NCBI GenBank assembly: GCA_020137815.1
Contig: CM035360.1
Location: 992,001-1,056,000 of the forward strand
Length of the DNA: 64,000 nucleotides
From: Hormiphora californensis
Taxonomy: Eukaryota > Animalia > Ctenophora
Direction: 5' to 3'
Shown here: positions 59,399 to 64,000 of the stretch, one piece after another
How the letters are laid out: the number at the start of each line of letters is the position of its first letter
Position numbering within the stretch: position 1 is the first letter of the stretch
The notes under the pieces: model-generated
Told to the model about the DNA's origin: nothing
Databases searched by the model: none
Seen by the model: the letters and a program-made list of their open reading frames with translations, nothing else
Program-made: the position numbers and the translations under genes

Positions 59399-62300
59399 TT
59401 AACCTCCAAGAAACGGACGGTTGGGTATGACATTTACAAACGGGTCTCCGCCACCACCCTGTTGAACTTGTTGAGCTGGAGCTTTCGCTTCTGCTTTCTT
59501 TTTCTCCTTTTTCTTCTTTGCTTTTTTGGCAGGTGGTTTTTCAGGAGCAGATTCTGGATTTCTATCAGCTGCTTTCTGCTTCTCCTTTATCTTCTTTGCT
59601 TGTTTGGGAACAGATTCCTCTTCGCACCGGTAGGTATTTTGATGTTGATCCTGCCTTTGCTGAGCTGGAGTTTTCTCTTCTACCTTCTTTTTCTCCTTTT
59701 TCTTCTTTGCTTTTTTGGGAGGTGGTTTTTCAGGAACATATTCATCTTGGCGCCGGTAGGTATTTCGCAGAGGATAATACCCAGCATTGTTCATAGGGCG
59801 TCGGTAGGTTTCTCGAGAGTGCGAACCATTTGCCCACAGTTCTTGGCGCTGTGGCTCTTGGCGTTGTAGGTCTTGGCGATTTGATTCTTGAAGATTCGGT
59901 CCTTGGCGCTGTAGGTCTTGGAGATTTGATTCTTGAAGACTCGGTCCTTGGCGTTGTGGCTCTTGGCGTTGTGGCTCTTGGCGTTGTGGCTCTTGGCGCT
60001 GTGGTTCTTGGTTAGTCGATTCTTTCTGTAGATTCTTACTATTCACTGGTGTGATCAGAGCAGCCATTATCTTATCCGCGATCAATGCCTTTCTATCCTC
60101 CTCAGACGGGCCAGACGGAGGTTTCACTGGTTTCGAATTGGTCGCTTTTGGTGAGCCAAGCGTGCTAGTCGGCTTGGATTCCAGGCAGTTAGTACGAAGT
60201 TGATTCTGTGGTTCTTGCTGGTTACTTTTCTCAACAGCTTCTTTCTCGGGATCCTGACTTTTGGCTGCTGGTTCTTTCCCAGAACCCGTACTTTTGGCTG
60301 CTGGACCTTTCCCAGAACCCGTACTTTTCCAAGCAGGTTCTTTCTCGGGACCCTTAATTTTCTCTGCAGGTCGTAGAAGGGAGGCCATTATCGCAGCTGA
60401 GATCAGCGCTTCTTGTTTTCCCGCAGATGAACCAGTCGGGGGTTTCACAGGTCTTTGTAGATGCGAACTGGTCACTTTTGGCAAACCAAGGGCACCACTT
60501 GCCTTGGGTTTAGAACCACTTTTCGATGCTCCAGCTGGTTCTTTCCCAGAACCCTTAGTTTTCACTGTTGATTCTATCTCAGAACCCTTGATTCCATTTT
60601 TCATAGGTCTTAGAAGGGCAGCCGTAATCTTATCGGGACCCTTACTAGCAGCTCCCGGTTCTTTTTCAGGACCCTTAGTTTTTGCTGCTTTCCCAGAATC
60701 CTTAATTTTCTTTGCAGGTTCTCTCCCAGATTTCGCTGCTGGTTCTTTCTTAGGACCCTTAGTTTTCGCTACTGGTTCTTTCTTAGGACCCTTACTTTTC
60801 TTCTCTATCGGTTTCTTTTTTACTGGTTTCAAGAGAGCAGCCATTATTTTAGCTGAGACTAGTGCCTTTCGTTCCTCTTCAGACGGCGGTTTCACTGGTT
60901 GCGAATTGGTCGCTTTTGGCATACCAAGTGTGCTAGTCGGCTTCGATTCAGGGCAGTTAGTTGGAAGTTGCTTCTTTATTGGTGAATTCTTAGCCTTAGG
61001 TAAAGTGGATTTCGGCTTGATTTTCCTCGGAGGCTTGGCTGTTTTGACAACGTCCGACTCAAGAGCTACAGATTTTGGCTTAAGGTTCGGAAAATCAGAG
61101 GACATGATCATTGGACATCGCTGTTTTTCTTGGGCTGATTCGGGCACATTATTTGCACAGGTACTCATGTGATGCCCAAGCTCAGAATCAGGGAAGAAGC
61201 AGTGACAGAACACACATGATTTCCAGTGCAACTCGACATTCTTTCTCCCCCTTTTTTCAACTTGATCCAAGACTATTGCCGGTACAAGAAACTCGCCGAA
61301 GTAAATCGGGGGAAACTCAAGATTTCGTGGCTTGTCACACTTTGGAAAAGGATATTTTACCCTTTCCTTTGTTTTGTCGTCTCGTGTTCTGTAAGTTGGA
61401 AGTGTGCTATAAATGCCTCCTCTTTCGATGCACACCCGATAATGATTGGGCATGTCCAAGAGATCAACTTCGAAATTACACAGCTCACAAACGAATTTTT
61501 CGTTATCATCATCATCATCATCTAATGGATCCTCTGCGGTAGAGTTCCCATGGATATCAATTTCGGGAAACTCCTTCGGGCTTATCAATCCAATGTGCTG
61601 AAAATTGAATGCCGGTTCCTTCGATCGTGTTGGCATGTTCTGTGACCGGGCAGCAGCCTCCGCTAGATTCCTTGCCACTCTGGCAGGCGTCAATGCCTTC
61701 AATTTGTTTCCACCGCTAACTGTAACAGGAACTTGTTCGTCCAACTCATTCAGCGCATCAATGGTACGGACCATGTTATCGGAATGTGCAACACCTTGAT
61801 TTAGCGCTTCTAGAACCTTCGTATTACCACAAACTATGTGAACAGTTCGAGGGAGAGTTTGACAAGTTGATAGAACCTGTTGAGCAGCCAGCAACACAGC
61901 ACACAAGTCAGCTCCAAACCTTCCGACACCTCGAGGAGCGAGTCTTTGCGAGAATGTTTTAGGTTTTTGACTGCCCTGCAGAATAACGCCCGCACAGCCA
62001 CCTTTGCAGTCGAGTACCATCGACCCCGAAGTAAAGATTACCACGTCCCGTGGGAAGGAAATATCAAGAAGTCGGTTGAAGGGGTTAACGTTGAAGTGAC
62101 GGAAATCAGCCCAAGGAGTGGAAGAATTCTTACATCTTCCACGTTTGTGGAATTCCATCATGTCACGATTAGACCACTTGAAATCCTTTTTACATCGGGT
62201 ACACTTGACAAGCCTCTCTTTGCAGAATTTGTAGAGATGATCGTCCATGAAGGAATATCTCACCATCTTGTAGCACATGGGGCATCGTTCTTTCAGATGC

Positions 62301-62659
62301 TGGTTAGAAATAAATCGGCCCAAATTCCGATACTGCTTTCTCTCGTTGTAAAGTTTGGAGAACCTATATCTCATAACACTCCTAGGGGTAAACTTCCTCC
62401 TCTTCTTCTTCCATCCAGGACATGTTCTGCCTTTGTGTTTTAGAATCAGTTTGTGACACCTCTTACAAGTTTCCGGATCATCCGATTTAGCAGAATCCCC
62501 ACCGGTCGTCCCAATAACTGCTGATGTTTTATCATCAACAAATTCTGCGTACTCAGGCGGATATTTCTTGGAGTGAAAGAATCTTCCCAAGGTCGGAAGT
62601 TGATCTTGACGATCACTATTCTCGAGGTCAACCTCAATGACCCACTCAAAATTTACCAT
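59399..62659 (-). CDS. 1086-aa intronless protein: C2HC/TRAF-like zinc fingers, degenerate RNase H domain, K/P-rich repetitive tail
   Basis: Uninterrupted ORF. VVIFTSGS...FSQRL...FGADLCAV...VHIVCGNTKVLEAL...ALNEL...ARNLA follows the non-LTR RNase HI pattern. Several CxxC...H...C motifs. Confidence 0.75.
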   Translation of the reverse strand: MVNFEWVIEVDLENSDRQDQLPTLGRFFHSKKYPPEYAEFVDDKTSAVIGTTGGDSAKSDDPETCKRCHKLILKHKGRTCPGWKKKRRKFTPRSVMRYRFSKLYNERKQYRNLGRFISNQHLKERCPMCYKMVRYSFMDDHLYKFCKERLVKCTRCKKDFKWSNRDMMEFHKRGRCKNSSTPWADFRHFNVNPFNRLLDISFPRDVVIFTSGSMVLDCKGGCAGVILQGSQKPKTFSQRLAPRGVGRFGADLCAVLLAAQQVLSTCQTLPRTVHIVCGNTKVLEALNQGVAHSDNMVRTIDALNELDEQVPVTVSGGNKLKALTPARVARNLAEAAARSQNMPTRSKEPAFNFQHIGLISPKEFPEIDIHGNSTAEDPLDDDDDDNEKFVCELCNFEVDLLDMPNHYRVCIERGGIYSTLPTYRTRDDKTKERVKYPFPKCDKPRNLEFPPIYFGEFLVPAIVLDQVEKRGRKNVELHWKSCVFCHCFFPDSELGHHMSTCANNVPESAQEKQRCPMIMSSDFPNLKPKSVALESDVVKTAKPPRKIKPKSTLPKAKNSPIKKQLPTNCPESKPTSTLGMPKATNSQPVKPPSEEERKALVSAKIMAALLKPVKKKPIEKKSKGPKKEPVAKTKGPKKEPAAKSGREPAKKIKDSGKAAKTKGPEKEPGAASKGPDKITAALLRPMKNGIKGSEIESTVKTKGSGKEPAGASKSGSKPKASGALGLPKVTSSHLQRPVKPPTGSSAGKQEALISAAIMASLLRPAEKIKGPEKEPAWKSTGSGKGPAAKSTGSGKEPAAKSQDPEKEAVEKSNQQEPQNQLRTNCLESKPTSTLGSPKATNSKPVKPPSGPSEEDRKALIADKIMAALITPVNSKNLQKESTNQEPQRQEPQRQEPQRQEPQRQGPSLQESNLQDLQRQGPNLQESNRQDLQRQEPQRQELWANGSHSRETYRRPMNNAGYYPLRNTYRRQDEYVPEKPPPKKAKKKKEKKKVEEKTPAQQRQDQHQNTYRCEEESVPKQAKKIKEKQKAADRNPESAPEKPPAKKAKKKKEKKKAEAKAPAQQVQQGGGGDPFVNVIPNRPFLGG

Positions 62660-63149
62660 GGTGAAGAAAAGTTGTAGTTGCTGGTGATAAGAGCGTATCT
62701 ATGGCATGTCCTAAAGTGGAGATAGGAGGTTGAGTTAGAAGTTGATATTGGGTTAAAATTGCAGGTTTTAGTCGACCAAAAAACAACTTTTAGAAAACCT
62801 TTCATGTAAGAAACAGTTACAGAAGTTAAAAGATAATCACATTTAGCTCAAATGTTTAGCTTCAAAAATCAAGAGATTTTTCGGATAAAAAATTGAAAAT
62901 TAAATGAATCAAATCCAAATCAAGGGTCCGCATCACTCACGTTGATAGGTATCACAGCGATCGCAGTTCAATGAACACCAAAGAAATCGATTACAAATGC
63001 AACCCGTGCTTTTCAGTCATTTTCATTTTCGCCACTCTCCTAAAAACTCAAAAGCAAGCATGATGACAAAACGCAGAAAAGATAAAGCATCTGGAATCTA
63101 ATTAAACATTGAAAGTCGAAAGATCGGATCCTTGTTCATCCCACATTAA

Positions 63150-63599
63150 AGGTTGACAAGATACCTAAAACTTTTCGTATATCGTCTTATTTTGATTTAT
63201 CATTAATTTTCAGCATTTTTTCAGAATTTTTTGTCGGCTAGAAATATGTGCAAAATAGGGGGTCTACTGACAAATGAGTGTGCCTTTTTTAAAATTGATA
63301 CCGTAATATCTCCGGTTCCTGATGAGATACAGAAACCGTTTTGGTAGCGTTGGAAAGGTCTTATTGAGATCAATCCAACGCAACCAAGATCAAGTCTTTA
63401 TCTTTTGAGGAACCGGAAACGTGAATTTCAATTTGCGAGACGCAGTGAGTGTGCCCAGTAAAACCAGTGCTGACAATATCGGTAGACCCCCTATTTCGAA
63501 TTTTTTTCTAGCCGACAAAAAATTCTGAAAAAATGCTGAAAATTAATGATAAATCAAAATAAGACGATATACGAAAAGTTTTAGGTATCTTGTCAACCT
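63150..63599. mobile_element. Kolobok-type (TTAA) MITE, 450 bp
   Basis: TTAA|AGGTTGACAAGATACC ... GGTATCTTGTCAACCT|TTAA. Confidence 0.88.
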
Positions 63600-63668
63600 T
63601 TAACAGATTACTTTTTAAACTTTTTAATTATAAAATAAAGCTACGTAGTTTTTTGCCGAAACTACTAA

Positions 63669-64000
63669 TTAGGAGCCATAAGCCATGGCACGGGAGCAAG
63701 CTGGCCAGTATAACCTCAAACTAAAAAGTTTTTGATAGAATGGGATATTGGCAAAAGATTCGTACGTGCAAGACAACGGATATTCATGTCCTGATTTATT
63801 TAATAGGACTGCGCTGACATAACTAACAAGGGATGGGCTATTTTCATGCGAAACGCAGAATGGTATATCTCTTTGACTAACGGCGTCAAAGGAAATATTA
63901 ACTTTTGGCAGTTGTTCCCAAGCTTCTACCGTAAAGGTCACTTTAACTGCGACACCACAAAATTCTGGAGGATTATATCCACAGTTTTTACATTCTGGAT
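63669..64000 (-). CDS. 3' end of an unidentified ORF running off the window
   Basis: The frame is open from the window edge to the stop at 63669; non-repetitive composition; no family recognised. Confidence 0.35.
   Translation of the reverse strand, partial: PECKNCGYNPPEFCGVAVKVTFTVEAWEQLPKVNISFDAVSQRDIPFCVSHENSPSLVSYVSAVLLNKSGHEYPLSCTYESFANIPFYQKLFSLRLYWPACSRAMAYGS

Noticed and set aside
59366-62443. Plus-strand ORFs such as 60261-61172
   Set aside because: Antisense shadows of the 1086-aa ORF.

Overview
Eukaryotic, intron-rich genomic DNA, most likely from a pleurobrachiid ctenophore (Hormiphora/Pleurobrachia). That inference rests on a 43-nt match to the ctenophore spliced leader as I recall it (2324-2366) and on characteristic MITE families. 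I reconstructed three multi-exon host genes by hand from GT-AG sites: the 3' part of a Cas-family (p130Cas/BCAR1-like) adaptor (+, 400-18643), a coiled-coil protein with an N-terminal C3H motif (+, 27744-44792), and the 3' part of a coiled-coil protein with a KIF20B-like tail (-, 46715-59021). Intronless genes are nested among them: CDIN1/C15orf41, a secreted SRCR-like protein and a 1086-aa zinc-finger protein with a catalytically dead RNase H domain. Introns also hold many foldback and MITE elements. The most unusual object is a 4.46-kb Maverick/Polinton-type element (AGTAGT termini, ~600-bp TIRs, 6-bp TSD confirmed by an empty-site copy next door). It carries only a virion module (major capsid, minor capsid, core protein, zinc finger), so it could be a genome segment or satellite. 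Also notable are a spliced-leader relic flanked by a direct repeat, a 2.9-kb transposon built of E2F-site-like palindromes, and a CRE retrotransposon endonuclease fragment. Several conserved genes carry single-base frameshifts, some in short homopolymers, so the assembly probably has indel errors. All homology calls are from motif recognition, not database searches.
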